DNA of 64,000 nucleotides from Eledone cirrhosa (GCA_964016885.1 OZ024743.1:369210001-369274000), one strand, 5' to 3'; positions 1 to 11,210 are shown, counted from the stretch's first letter. Notes: generated by a model from the sequence alone, not told the origin. Numbers and translations: made by a program.

Positions 1-85
1 ATATATATTTTATATATGTATATATTTATATATATTTTTTTATATATATATATATGTATACATTATATATATATGTATATATTTA
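1..85. repeat. (AT)n-derived low-complexity microsatellite
   Basis: Near-pure AT dinucleotide run with G/T interruptions. Confidence 0.9.
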
Positions 86-290
86 TATTGTTATACTTGG
101 GGAGGGTCATATTTGTGTAATATTGCCAGAATTAATAACAGAACACACTCACTGTTTGGTTGGTTTTCGCTTTTTGCTTCTGTGTCTTTTATATCGGTAA
201 TCTAATTTATTCGGTCCTCAATGTTGCCATTGACTGACCAGCTGTCAAAAATAATACAGATACAATATAGACACAAACACATATATATAG

Positions 291-337
291 TTTATCAAAG
301 TTCTTTCGTTGCACATCTGCAACATCGTCAGTGGTGC
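291..337 (-). ncRNA. Degenerate type I hammerhead ribozyme motif
   Basis: Minus strand reads gcacca CTGACGA t gttgca-gatg-tgcaac GAAA gaac TT tgataaa. Core and a 6-bp stem II are present; stems I and III are weak. Lies between AT tracts. Confidence 0.35.
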
Positions 338-388
338 TATTGTTTCCTCCCGTTACATTGTATTTTCTACGCCATCTTTATTTAGTCT

Positions 389-533
389 GTTTATATATTT
401 ATTTATTTGTTTATTTTATTTATATATATATTTTATTTATATATATATTTTATATATATGTATGTATATATTATATATATGTATGTATATATTATATATA
501 TATATGTATATATTTATATATATATTTTATATA

Positions 534-581
<48 letters not shown>

Positions 582-688
582 TTATATATATATTTTATAT
601 ATATATATGTATATATTTTATATATATATATGTATATATTATATATATATATATGTATATATTTATATATTTTATATATATTATATAG
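389..688. repeat. Degenerate (AT)n microsatellite
   Basis: AT/ATTT/ATGT repeats; source of the spurious Y/I-rich ORFs. Confidence 0.95.
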
Positions 689-899
689 GACAGAGAAACT
701 CATGAGAGTCAATAGCCATCCAACAGTGTGTATATGTACTTATTGTGTGGGTGTGTAAATGTATATATGTAGGTATGTGCAGGATTGTGTGCATGTGTAT
801 TTTTTTTTTTACTTTTAAACATCTTAATGATATTTTTTCTTTAAATTACATTTTATCATATCTTTCTATTTAACTTTTTATTATTTATCTGGAAAAACA

Positions 900-1087
900 G
901 TGGATTGGCAGTATCGGTAGAGGGTCGGACGCCATGGTTTGACGTATAGAGTTACGGCCCTTGCCATTCTGAGTTCAAATCCCGCCGAGGTTAACTTTGC
1001 CTGTCATCCTTACGGGGTCGATAAAATAAAGTACCAGTAATGCGCTGGGTAATTGCTGGCCTTGTGCCAAAAGTAGAAACAATTATT
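900..1087 (+). mobile_element. tRNA-derived SINE with Meta-type central domain (family A)
   Basis: A-box-like tggcagtatcgg, B-box-like gagttcaaatccc, central ctttgcctgtcatccttacggggtcgataaaataaagtaccag, ATT tail. TSD ttatttatctggaaa on both sides. Many copies in the window. Confidence 0.9.
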
Positions 1088-1289
1088 TATCTGGAAAGAC
1101 CTATGGTTGCTACCTTTTTTAAAAAAAAAATAATTGTGGTTGATACAGCTACCGATCATCTTGTATCTGCTTGTCATTGGATTATCGCTGTAGATACTTA
1201 GATAGCAACGTGTGTGTAGCACAAGCACATGATGTTTTGATCTCCTTGTGCAGATATCTCTTCAAATTCCTGTGGCCATGGGGAAGCAG

Positions 1290-4200
1290 CAACGTATACA
1301 GTCCTAATGAGTTGGATGTATGTAGTTGCTAATCTGCATGCAGGTGGCTTAAGGCTTATCTAACGTCGTTGCCAGTTTTCTGAATAGGAACTGACTTGGG
1401 TGGAGTCTTTTGTGACTGAACAGCCCTTTCAAGCGAGGACACTGCTCGCCCAAATCTTGGGAGAAGTCTAGAAAAGGTGACCCAAACATTGACTGTTCCA
1501 CCATCAAGCTGGTCAGCAACCTGCAGCTCATACCAGCAGGAGAAAGAAGAATTATTTTCAAAAGAATAGAATTTCACTGAATGTTGCGACATGAATTATA
1601 AGAACACTTCTCGACGGAACCATTCACAAATCCAGAACGCAGGACTGCTATTGAGCAGTTATAATATTGATATAGCTGCACTTTCTGAAACCTGTCTTAG
1701 TGGGGAAAAATCACCTATCAGAGAGAGGTGTTGGCTATATGTTCTTCTGGAAAAGGAAACTAAATAGGGAGAAAACAAAGAGAGGAAGTAGGTTTTCCTG
1801 TTCTGACAGAGATCACAAAGTAACTGGAGCAGCCACAAGGCATTAGTGATCGAATTATGCATCTAAGCGTTTCTCTTTCAAGGGGACATTTCATGACTGT
1901 CATCTCAGTGTATGCCCTTACCCTGCATAGTAGCAAGGAATCAATCATGGCTTTTTACCAAGATTTATGAGGGTGTAAAATATTGATTCCACATTCAGAC
2001 AAAATCTTGCTTCTTGGAGATTTTAATGCATGTGTGGAAAAGGATGACCACATCTGGAGAGTTTTAGGTCAGGGCATGGGCAAGATGAATGTCAATGGTC
2101 TTCTCCTTTTGCAATTTTGCACTGAATTTGAGTTTGTTGTATGCAATACATATTTTTCAGCAACATGGACACACCTGAGATCGAAATGTGGACACAACTT
2201 AGATTATATCATTACCAAGAAGAAAGCCTTCTAGGATATCTGCTCTGTAAGAGTAATGTCTGGTGCAGAATGTGGTATAGACCACAAAATTGTGCATGGG
2301 AAAATAAAGGTGCAGATCAAAAGACAATTGAGGGCAGCAGGGGTACAAGTGCCAAAACGTATAGATGTGTCAAAACTGCAAAGTGTAGAAATGTGAGCTG
2401 CTCTTCAAAATGCACTTGACGACGTTGTCTTTGATGGAAATTGGGAACAGTTTAAAACACAGGTTTACAGCATTGGGGCTGATATACTTTGTCTTCAGAA
2501 GACAAAACACAGAGACCAGTTTGATGACAATGATGCTGCAATCACGCTATCATCAATGATCCAGCAGCTATCATCAGTCAGTGGACTGAACACTTTAATG
2601 CTTTTTTAACAACCCATCTTTAGTTGACGAGAAAATTATTAATATAGACTGTAACAAAGATGATGAATTATCCAGCCATTGATGAGATAAGATCTACTAT
2701 CAAAGAGATAAACATAGGGAAAGTTCCATATTTGGATGGAACACCTGTTGAGCTGATTTGCTTTGGAGGAGACAATGTTGTTGTGGCCATTCATGGGCTG
2801 GTTTTATGTGTATGGCCTGGTGAGCCTGTCCTGCAAGATGAAGGCGCAGATCAGAAGAAAATTGAGGGCATGCAATTTTGCTCTCGATTTACAAGGCCAA
2901 GGGCTCCAGTCGGAATGCGTTGATTATCGTGGTATAAGTCTGCTGGAATCGGTAGGAAAAGTCTTATCCAAAGTCTTACTGAATTGTCTTATAAAATGGA
3001 TCTGCCCTGGTGCCATCCCTGAGACCCAGTGTGGATTCAGAGCTGGGTGGGGTACTATGGACATGACTTTGTTAGCCCGTTAACTTATGAAGAAGTTTGA
3101 GCAGCAAGTGCCACTTTACCAAGTATTTGTGGACCTTACCAAACCTTTGATACTGTTAATCGTAGAGCATTGTGGGTCATATTGGGGAAACTTGGGATGC
3201 CCTCATGAGTTTGTCGGAATACTCAGAAAATTCCATCAAAATATGAAAGCAAAAGTAAACTTTAATGGGACAGACACTCTCAGAGCCAATTTCAGTGGAA
3301 AACGGTGTCAAGCAAGGCAACATACTTGCACCCATTCTCTTCTCCATCTACTTTATCGTGCTGCTGACAAATGTCTTCAAAGACTTCGAAATCGGTGTAT
3401 ACTTGTTAATTAGAACCTCTGGCAAAGTATTTAATCTAAGACAGTTTAATACCAATTCCAAAACATTTGGCACTCTTGTTTGGGAGTTTCTGTATGCTGA
3501 TGATGCAGATTTTGTGGCTCATACAGTAGAGGACATACAGTTGATATTAGATACCTTTTCTGATGCATGCACTGTGTTTGGGCTAAATATTAGTATAAAA
3601 AAGACGAAGGTCATGTACACTCCACCAGTTGGGAAAGTGTATGTGGAGCCAGACGTTTTTGTGAGAAGAAAAAGACTTGAGGTGGTGGACAGCTTTGTGT
3701 ATTTCAGAAGTACACATAGTAGAGTTGGTATCCTCGATGCTGAAATAGATCACAGAATTGCGAAAGTGAGTCTTGCCTTTGGGAAGCTTAAGAAGCGAGT
3801 CTGGTCAAATAGGGGTATCATGAAAAACACAAAGCTCTGTGTATGAGGCCTGTGTTCTTACAGCCCTGCTATATGGATGCGAAACGAGGACAACATACAG
3901 GCATCATTTCAGGCAGTTGGAAAGATTTCATCAGCATCGTACACAACACATCCTGAACACCAAGTGGTCTTCTTACACACCTGATGCTGAGGTACTTGAG
4001 AAAGTGGGTAGCACCAGTATTGCATTACCTGGTCATGTGGTCAGGATGGAAGATGGAAGGTTGTTTAAACAGTTATTTCATGGGTAGCTGACCAGAGGAA
4101 AAAGGCCACAGCATAAACCAAAGAAGCAGTTTAAGGATGTCATAAAAGACAATCTTAAAGCTCTGAAGATTGATATGGAGAACTGGGAGAGACTGGCTGA

Positions 4201-4660
4201 AGGCCATACATGATGGAGAAAGATCATCAAATATGGATGTGATGTTTTTGAGAAAAAGCGAGAGGTGCATGTTGTTTGAAGCATTCACTTCCTAAGCAGG
4301 ACTCTAGTGCAATGCCTGCAAAAATCCATCAGGAATTAAGGTGCAATGTATGTGGCTGATTTCTTCTAACAAGACCTGGTTTCGTTAACCATGAGAAATC
4401 ACACAAATCAGGGAGAAATTGAGCCACATGAAAGATTGTTCTACAACCACACTCTCTGCGGTACATTTGCATTGAGTGTGGTTTAATTTGCAAAATTATA
4501 AAATGCATGAAGGCCCACCCTAGACTGTATTGCCAAGAGATAGACAGTTTGTCACATCTGTGAACGTACCTGTGAAACAAAAGCAGATCTGAAAAGTCAC
4601 AATGATTGTGGAATGTTCAATGGAGAGATAGCACTCTTCTGACAAGGAGTAGCAATCAGC
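1290..4660 (+). mobile_element. Near full-length decayed RTE-clade LINE (APE endonuclease + RT + C-terminal C2H2 fingers), family 1
   Basis: APE motifs VAT(W)N-RTLLD (~1585), YNIDIAALSET (~1660), LLGDFNA (~2010). RT motifs YRGISLL, ETQCGFR, FVDLTK, GVKQGNILAP, LYADD, LLYGCE. Three decayed C2H2 fingers at 4340-4600. Many frameshifts and stops. Confidence 0.92.
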
Positions 4661-4678
4661 ATGTATTCATATGTGTAT

Positions 4679-5152
4679 ATCATCATCATCATCGTTTAAC
4701 GTCCATCTTCCACGCTTGCATGGGTTTGGACGGGAGTTTTCCCACTTGAGGCAAGATTGGTTGTCCTGCTCGTATAGGACTGTCTGGCGGGTTTTCTACA
4801 GCTGGATGCCCTTCCTAACACCAACCACGTTTACAGTGTGGACTGGGAGGTTTTTACTGTGTTACCTCCACGGCCACATTACAGCGTGGACTGTGTTTTT
4901 TTGTCGTGACACCTACACGACCTCATTTGTTTTGAACTGGATGTTGTGGTACCAACATAACTTCACATTGAAGGGCGTGGTGTGGATGGGGTGGGGGAAG
5001 TGGGATGGGGGTGTATTTTTGTTAGAGGTGCCTACTGACTGTCGGTTTCGCTTTGTACTTAGGCAAGGCGGGTCTTCTGTATTACTGTGTAGCGCCAAAG
5101 ATCTCGGTCCAGTGACATTGTCTTGAAGAGGTGTAAGTGTGTGAGGTCGGAA
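4679..5152 (-). mobile_element. 3' end of RTE family 2 LINE (ORF2 C-terminus, 3' UTR, (GAT)n tail)
   Basis: [21 protein letters not shown] on the minus strand; gttaggaagggcatccagctgtagaaa motif; catcatcatc tail; reverse complement of 6335-6735. Confidence 0.9.
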
Positions 5153-5210
5153 TTTATATATGTATATTTATGTATATATATATATGTATATTTATGCATA
5201 TATGTACGTC

Positions 5211-5243
<33 letters not shown>

Positions 5244-5252
5244 GTATGCATC

Positions 5253-5305
<53 letters not shown>

Positions 5306-5314
5306 GTATGCATC

Positions 5315-5356
<42 letters not shown>
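5153..5356. repeat. (AT)n microsatellite
   Basis: Direct reading. Confidence 0.95.
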
Positions 5357-5359
<3 letters not shown>

Positions 5360-5373
5360 CAACATTGACATAA

Positions 5374-5423
5374 ACAGGTACTTAAGTTTCGTTGGGTTCT
5401 GGACTCCAACTCATTCAGCCTGT
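5374..5423 (-). ncRNA. Type I hammerhead ribozyme (core variant CUGAAUGA)
   Basis: acagg CTGAATGA gttgg-agtccagaac-ccaac GAAA cttaag TA cctgt: 5-bp stem I, 5-bp stem II, palindromic stem III (acttaagt). Confidence 0.7.
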
Positions 5424-5516
5424 CATAAGAAAAAATAAAAATAAAAATGGCCTCTTTTGGTATGGTCTGCACCACCTTTCGCACTTAAGGCCATCTTTAT
5501 TTTTCTTTTTCTTATT

Positions 5517-5566
5517 ACAGGCTGCAAAAGTTGGGGTCCAGAACCCAACGAAACTTAAGTACCTGT
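5517..5566 (+). ncRNA. Hammerhead ribozyme copy with mutated core
   Basis: acagg ctgcaaaa gttgg...ccaac GAAA cttaag TA cctgt. Stems intact, CUGANGA box degraded. Confidence 0.55.
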
Positions 5567-5742
5567 TTATGTCACTGTTGTAATTATTTATACTAAACTT
5601 ATCCTATGGACTGAGTGCTTTTACTCTTGGATATTTCTACCAAACTTTTACTACAGTATAAATTCTAATTCTATTCTATTATGAGTTGAGCCAACTTATA
5701 CAGCTTCATATGCAAATGAGATTAATCACCTCATTTACTCAG

Positions 5743-5921
5743 ATGAGAAAACTATATATTCTTGCCTGTTTTCAAAGTCCAGCAGTTGCAAGAGTGGGAG
5801 GGATCGTCCTGATGGGAACCAGTTCAGTTCGAAATGCACTCATGATTGTTCCCCTTGCTTCTGCTGGACACCACCAGGTGGTGATAGCCGGTGGTGTTTT
5901 TGCATAGATGCAGCTTTCTAA
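5743..5921 (+). CDS. Candidate terminal exon of a small 8-Cys peptide (CSalpha-beta / macin-like spacing)
   Basis: Acceptor tttactcag at 5742, then a phase-1 open frame xEKTIYSCLFSKSSSCKSGRDRPDGNQFSSKCTHDCSPCFCWTPPGGDSRWCFCIDAAF* ending at TAA 5919-5921. No upstream exon seen. Confidence 0.4.
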
Positions 5922-5989
5922 ATGTTTATTTATAAACATACCATATTTCTTTAGAAATACGAAATTCCAATACATGCATATATATATAT

Positions 5990-6735
5990 AAGGCAGGCTG
6001 TATGATGCCTGCATACGAACAGCAATGTTACATGGCAGTGAGACCTGGGCATTGTGTGCAGAGGATATACGCAGACTGGAGAGGAACGAAGCTTGCATGC
6101 TCCGCTGGATGTGTAATAGTAATATACGTGAACGGCAAAGCATAAATGAACTAAGGGAGAAATTAGGAATAAGAGGGATCAGATGTTGTTTACTCGAGAG
6201 AAGACTACGTTGGTACGGTCACGTGATGCGCATGAAAGTCGACGGCTGTATAAAAAAGTGCAGGGCGATAAAAATAGACGGTAGCCACGGAGTAGGCAGA
6301 CCCAGAAAAACCTGGGACGACTTGATAAATTCTGACCGCACACACTTACACCTCTCCAAGACAATGTCACTGGACCGAGATCTTTGGCACTACACAATAA
6401 TACAGAAGACCTGCCTTGCCTAAGTACAAAGCGAAACCTACAGTCAGTAGCACCTCTAACAAAAATACACCCCCATCTCACTACCCCACCCCACCCACAC
6501 CACCCCTTTCAATGTAAAGTTATTACACTGTAATGTGGCCATGTAGGTAACATGGTAAAAACCTACCAGTCCACACTGTAAACGTGGTTGGTGTTAGGAA
6601 GGGCATCCAGGCGTAGAAAACCCACCAGAAAGTCCTATACGAGCAAGACAACCAATCTTGCCTCAAGTGGGAAAATTCCCGTCCAAACCCATGTAAGCGT
6701 GGAAGATGGACGTTAAATGATGATGATGATGATGA
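5990..6735 (+). mobile_element. 5'-truncated RTE family 2 LINE
   Basis: MLHGSETWAL...RRLRWYGHVMR...GRPRKTW ORF2 C-terminus, 3' UTR and (GAT)n tail; near-identical to 60486-61533. Confidence 0.92.
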
Positions 6736-7086
6736 TATAATTGGTGTGGGATGCTTAAAGCGTCCGTATGCGGTAGGCCGTTTGAGCACTCGATGCTTTT
6801 ACAGAGCAGAGTTTACTATCACATAGGAAACGGAGAATCAGTGATGTGACGAATTAAAATTTATTAGACATATTACAATCGGTTCTCTGACGACCAGCTC
6901 GAGACACGATCGATGTGATGATCGAACCTGACTCTGAAATCGCAAGATCCTCAGATACTTCTCGATTTTTTGAAGCAGAGTTTCCAAAATTTTGGAAACT
7001 TCGAGTTGGTCGCCAGAGAAACGATTGTAATATGTCTAATAAATTTTAATTTGTCACACGACTGATTCTCCGTTTCCTATGTGATA
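6736..7086. mobile_element. Hammerhead-bearing foldback unit with tail
   Basis: Arms 6817-6903 and 7001-7086 are reverse complements. The right arm abuts (AT)n; unique tail at 6736-6816. Confidence 0.75.
6869..6958 (-). ncRNA. Type I hammerhead ribozyme with extended stem II
   Basis: gtat CTGAGGA tct...[~55 nt]...aga GAAC cgattg TA atat. The opposite arm keeps an intact GAAA cgattg TA atatg (7018-7034) followed by aataaa. Confidence 0.65.
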
Positions 7087-7159
7087 TATATATATATAAA
7101 TTTATGTTTATATATATGTATGCATATGTTTATATATATATATATGTGCATACATATTG

Positions 7160-7287
7160 TTACCACAATCTTAGCTACCTAATGCAGTATAGGCATGCTG
7201 AGAATTAAGGAAGCCTTCTTAATCAAGCAATTAAGACCTAGGATCAATAATCGAATGAAAAGAAGTGCACCAGAATGGTTAATTTAA
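7160..7287 (+). pseudogene. Penelope-like element GIY-YIG endonuclease C-terminal fragment
   Basis: Reads TILAT*CSIGMLRIKEAFLIKQLRPRINNRMKRSAPEWLI*, homologous to LRIKEALLVCKLNPQINNR at 52894-52990. Confidence 0.7.
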
Positions 7288-7482
7288 AAGCCCTGTATTC
7301 CAACATCCCAGTGGCCAGTTTCATTCTTTCTTTCAAATTAATTCTATGTCCTCACTAGGCAAACACACTTAGATTCTCTCACACAAACACGCACACGCAC
7401 AATTTTTTTTCCGTTTTATTATATACATATTCGCACACACCTTTCACTACATAAACTTTCATTCATGCACACATATACAAAC

Positions 7483-8555
7483 AGAGGTCTTGGTCCTGTG
7501 TCATCGCCTTTGAGTTGTGTAATTGGGCAAGGTCAGCTTTTATCACCTTATCCCAGGTCTTCTTGGGTCTCCCCACTTCAAGGCTTACAGTGAGTACTGG
7601 GTGCTTTTTTACCGTGTTACAGTGTGGACTTTTAGTGCTCTGCACCTTTTTATTCAGCTGTCATCCTTCATACACATCACATGTCCATACCACCCTAATC
7701 TCCTATACACAGCATTTGATTCCTCTGATGTTCAGTCTCTCTCTCAATTCATTTATGCTTTGCTGTTCGCGTATATTACTATTGCACATCCATCGGAGCA
7801 TGCAAACTTTGTTTCTTTCTAAGCTACGTAAGTCTTCTGCACACAACGCCCACGTCTCACTACCATGTAATATTGCTGTTCGTATGCACGCATCATAGTC
7901 TGCCTTTCATTTTGAGGGAAAAGCCATTTTCAGCTAGCAGTAGTATTAGCTCCCTGAACTTCTGCCATCCCATTCTTACCCAAGTTACTGTACTTTCCGA
8001 ACAACTACCTCCACTGCTAATTCGGTCACCTAGGTAGCAGAAGCTGTCTACTGTTTCTAAAGAGCCCTCTCAGAATTTGGTAGTGCTTGTTTCCTGTGGC
8101 CATTTGCTGCTTACTGTCCTCGTGCAGCTGCTACATGTAAAGCCTACATTCTTAAACATCCTGAGATCCCACTACGTCTCTTGTGTACCCATAGTTTGCA
8201 TTTGGGGCAGAAGATGGAATTTTTACCTACACCTTTCCTACATACAGAGCAAGGCCATTTCCCTGAGGGGATCTGGGTTCTGTTTTCTCGTCTACTTACG
8301 AGGACCTTAGTCTTTGTCAGGTTGACTTTGAGATCCCTTCTTTCTAGTTCCTGCTTCCATGTTTGGAATTTCTTCTCTAGTTCTGCCATAGATTCAACTA
8401 TAAGTGTAAGATCATCCGCGTATAGGAGTTCCCATGGGCATCCCGTCTTAAACTCCTCCATTATTGCCAGCAATACGATAATAAACAGGAGAGGGCTAAG
8501 GTGGACACCAACCTGTATGCTAAATTCCTCGCTATAGTCATTGTTAACCCTAACG
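7483..8555 (-). mobile_element. RTE family 2 LINE fragment (RT C-half, PHD-like finger, C-terminus)
   Basis: GCPWELLYADDL, LKVNLTKTKV, WPCSVCRKGVGKNSIFCPKCKLWVH, GRPKKTWD. Confidence 0.88.
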
Positions 8556-9507
8556 GAGCATGCAAGTCTTCTACAGACAACGCCCAGGTCTCACTACCAT
8601 GTAACATTGCTGTTCGTATTCATGCATCTTACAGTCTGCCTTTCATTTTGAGAGAAAAGCCATTTGCAGCTAGCATTGGCAGTAGACCCCTGAACTTCTT
8701 CCATCCCATTCTTACCCTAGTTATTGTACTTTCCGAAAACCCACCTCCACTGCTAATTCGGTCACCTAGGTAGCAGAAGCTGTCTACTGTTTCTACAGAG
8801 CCCTTCCAGAGTTTGGTGGTGCTTGTTTCCAGTTCCGTTTGCTGCTTGCTGTCCCAGCGCAGCTGCTACATGTGAAGCCTACATTCTTAACTGAGCTTCC
8901 TGAGATCCCACTACATCTCTTGTGTACCCATTTAGGGCAGAGGATGGAGTTCTGTTTTCTCTTCTACTTATGAGACCCTTTCTTTCTAGTCCCTGCTTCC
9001 GTGTTTGGAATTTCTTTTCTAGTACCACCATAGATTCAGCTATAAGTGTGAGATCATCCACATATAGGAGTTTCCATGGGCATCCGGTCTTAAACTCCTC
9101 TGTTATTGCCTGCAATACTATAATGAACAGAAGAGGGCTAAGAACAGAGCCCTGGTGGACACCGACCTGTATGCTTAATTCCTTGCTATAGTCATTGCTA
9201 ACCCTAACTTTGCTGACTGCTCCCCTATACATGGCTTGTACAGCTTTCATAAGCCATTCATCTACTAGTTTTCTAAGAGCCCACCAGATTATAGCACGGG
9301 GGACTCTGTCGAAGGCTTTTTCCAGATCAACAAATGCCAGGTAGAGCGGCTTACTTTTAATTAGGTACTTTCCCTGTAAGTGCCTCACAAGGAAGAGGGC
9401 ATCAGTGGTGCCTTTTCCTGGCACAAACCCAAATTGCATCTCATCTAGTTGTACCCAGTCCCTAATCAACTCTTTCCGTTACTTTCATGACCTGGTCCAT
9501 CAGCTTT
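8556..9507 (-). mobile_element. RTE family 2 LINE fragment (RT core)
   Basis: LDEMQFGFVPGKGTTDA, AFVDLEKAFDRVP, GVHQGSVLSPLLF, LLYVDDL. Confidence 0.9.
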
Positions 9508-9520
9508 ATATATATATATA

Positions 9521-9842
9521 TAACCAAAGATTAATATGGTTCATTGATTACTCAATGAATATAGTTTTACAATAGATTAAAAGCACTCTACAATGAAGTT
9601 TTCTGGAGTTATTAATATTATTCAGAATATTAATAAATGAAGACATTCACATAATCAAAATATATGTTTTATTATATATATTTCGAAGGTACTGTGCTGT
9701 TTTTTCAGTACGTCCTCGGAATTGAACCATCAAGACCGTTGAGGTATGTCATACATCAATTCATGTATTTTATCTGACGAGGACGTACTGAAAAAACAGC
9801 ACAGTACCTTCGAAAAATAAATATAATAAAACATATATTTTG

Positions 9843-9848
<6 letters not shown>
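9521..9848. mobile_element. Hammerhead-bearing foldback unit with tail, between AT tracts
   Basis: Arms 9651-9718 and 9778-9847 are reverse complements; tail 9521-9650; flanked by (AT)n. Confidence 0.75.
9769..9830 (+). ncRNA. Type I hammerhead ribozyme (stem III decayed)
   Basis: tttat CTGACGA ggac-gtactg...cagtac-cttc GAAA aataaata TA ataaa. Confidence 0.6.

Positions 9849-9890
<42 letters not shown>
9845..9890. repeat. (AT)n microsatellite
   Basis: Direct reading. Confidence 0.95.
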
Positions 9891-9891
<1 letters not shown>

Positions 9892-10294
9892 TTATTTATG
9901 ATATTTTAAAAAAATGCACTGATTGTTGAAGTAGTATTATTTATTATATCACTTATTAATAGAATTTATGGTTTGGGTTGGAGCAATGAACATATAAATG
10001 CAGATGGGTACATATATCCAAGCTCATAGTATCTACATTAAAATATCTTGTGTTTGTTTTTTTAAATATTTTGTGTCTTTTGTACTGAAAACAAGTGTTG
10101 GGAAGTTGTCGACCACTGAAATAAACTGTGCCATACACAATAAAAAATAGAAATAAAACTGGTTACACCCCAAACTGTTTTACTTATCTTACTATGTTTC
10201 TCAGGTGTTAACAAACACAACAACCCTTTAGTGTAGCTATTAGACAGACAGACAGACAGACTCACACTCACACTCCTCACACTCACACACATAT

Positions 10295-10465
10295 ATTAAT
10301 TCAAAATATTAATAATTGTAGACATTCACTTAATCAAAATATATTTTATTATATATATTTCGAAGGTACTGTGCTGTTTTTTCAGTACGTCCTCATCAGA
10401 TAAAATACATAAATTGATGTATGACAAACCTCAACTGTGCTGCTGGTTCAATTCCAGTTTTGGCA
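10295..10465 (-). mobile_element. Second, single-arm copy of the 9.5-9.8 kb hammerhead element
   Basis: Matches 9612-9717 directly and 9718-9847 as reverse complement; flanked by AT/CA simple repeats. Confidence 0.75.
10344..10405 (-). ncRNA. Type I hammerhead ribozyme, intact core
   Basis: ttttat CTGATGA ggac-gtactg aaaaaacagca cagtac-cttc GAAA tatata TA ataaaa, with palindromic stem III. Confidence 0.75.
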
Positions 10466-10547
10466 TATATATATATATACAGAGAGAGAAAGAGATAAGG
10501 AATATGCGAAGTCCATTGTAGATGTTAAAGGTCCTTTATTAACAAAG

Positions 10548-10628
10548 TGGTGATACATATTTCAATGATGATTGTAGCTGTGTGATTATTCAATCAATCA
10601 ATCAGTCACGCAATATCATCAGACAGCA
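10548..10628 (-). ncRNA. Degenerate hammerhead motif with long stem II region
   Basis: tgctgt CTGATGA ...~50 nt... GAAA tatg TA tcacca, then aataaa 7 nt further on. Same gataagga...tttatt...ggtga context as the 39961 element. Confidence 0.45.
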
Positions 10629-11067
10629 TCTTATGCAATAAGGTTACTTTTCCGAGACAATCCAATCTGCTACTAGTGATAATTTCAAATGGAAGAATTA
10701 CCATGTGAGCAACTGTCAACAGAAGGGTAGTGGAAGGTGGACAATGGCAAGTAACGGTCTGCTAGAAAAAGCAGTCTGATTCAGCCAAATTTTATACTTT
10801 ACCAAGAGGAGTAATTAACAAATTAATTGAAGATATATATATATATATCTATACACAAGTATAGACATACATATGAGGATGTCCAACCAACACCAGTTTT
10901 GTTCAACGAAGGAATTAACAAAAATCAATTTATTAGAGCATAATAAAATTATATTAGGGAAAAGTTAACAAAATAAGAATAAAATCTTTACTTATTTACT
11001 TTGATGTCCCAACTGCTGCAGCTTTGCTAAGTAATCACATTTTTTTGTGAAATATATTTTATTATGC

Positions 11068-11069
<2 letters not shown>

Positions 11070-11134
<65 letters not shown>
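11070..11134. repeat. (CT)n microsatellite
   Basis: Direct reading. Confidence 0.97.
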
Positions 11135-11138
<4 letters not shown>

Positions 11139-11210
11139 AAAACAATGAAATAAAAAAGTGGATACCTCTGTGTATATATATATAATATATATATATATAT
11201 ATGTATATAT

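Larger units (their letters stand above)
5356..5586. mobile_element. Hammerhead-bearing foldback unit (Penelope pLTR-like inverted repeat)
   Basis: Arms ~5356-5453 and ~5488-5586 are reverse complements. The left arm abuts (AT)n. Each arm carries a hammerhead motif. Confidence 0.75.

Noticed and set aside
309-758. Y/I-rich ORFs (also 5059-5373 and 38985-39806)
   Set aside because: Translations of AT/GT micro- and minisatellites that happen to lack stop codons
5743-5907. ATG-initiated frame MRKLYILACFQSPAVARV as a signal-peptide gene
   Set aside because: The hydrophobic core is short and the downstream peptide is unremarkable; the overlapping 8-Cys frame is the better-patterned reading
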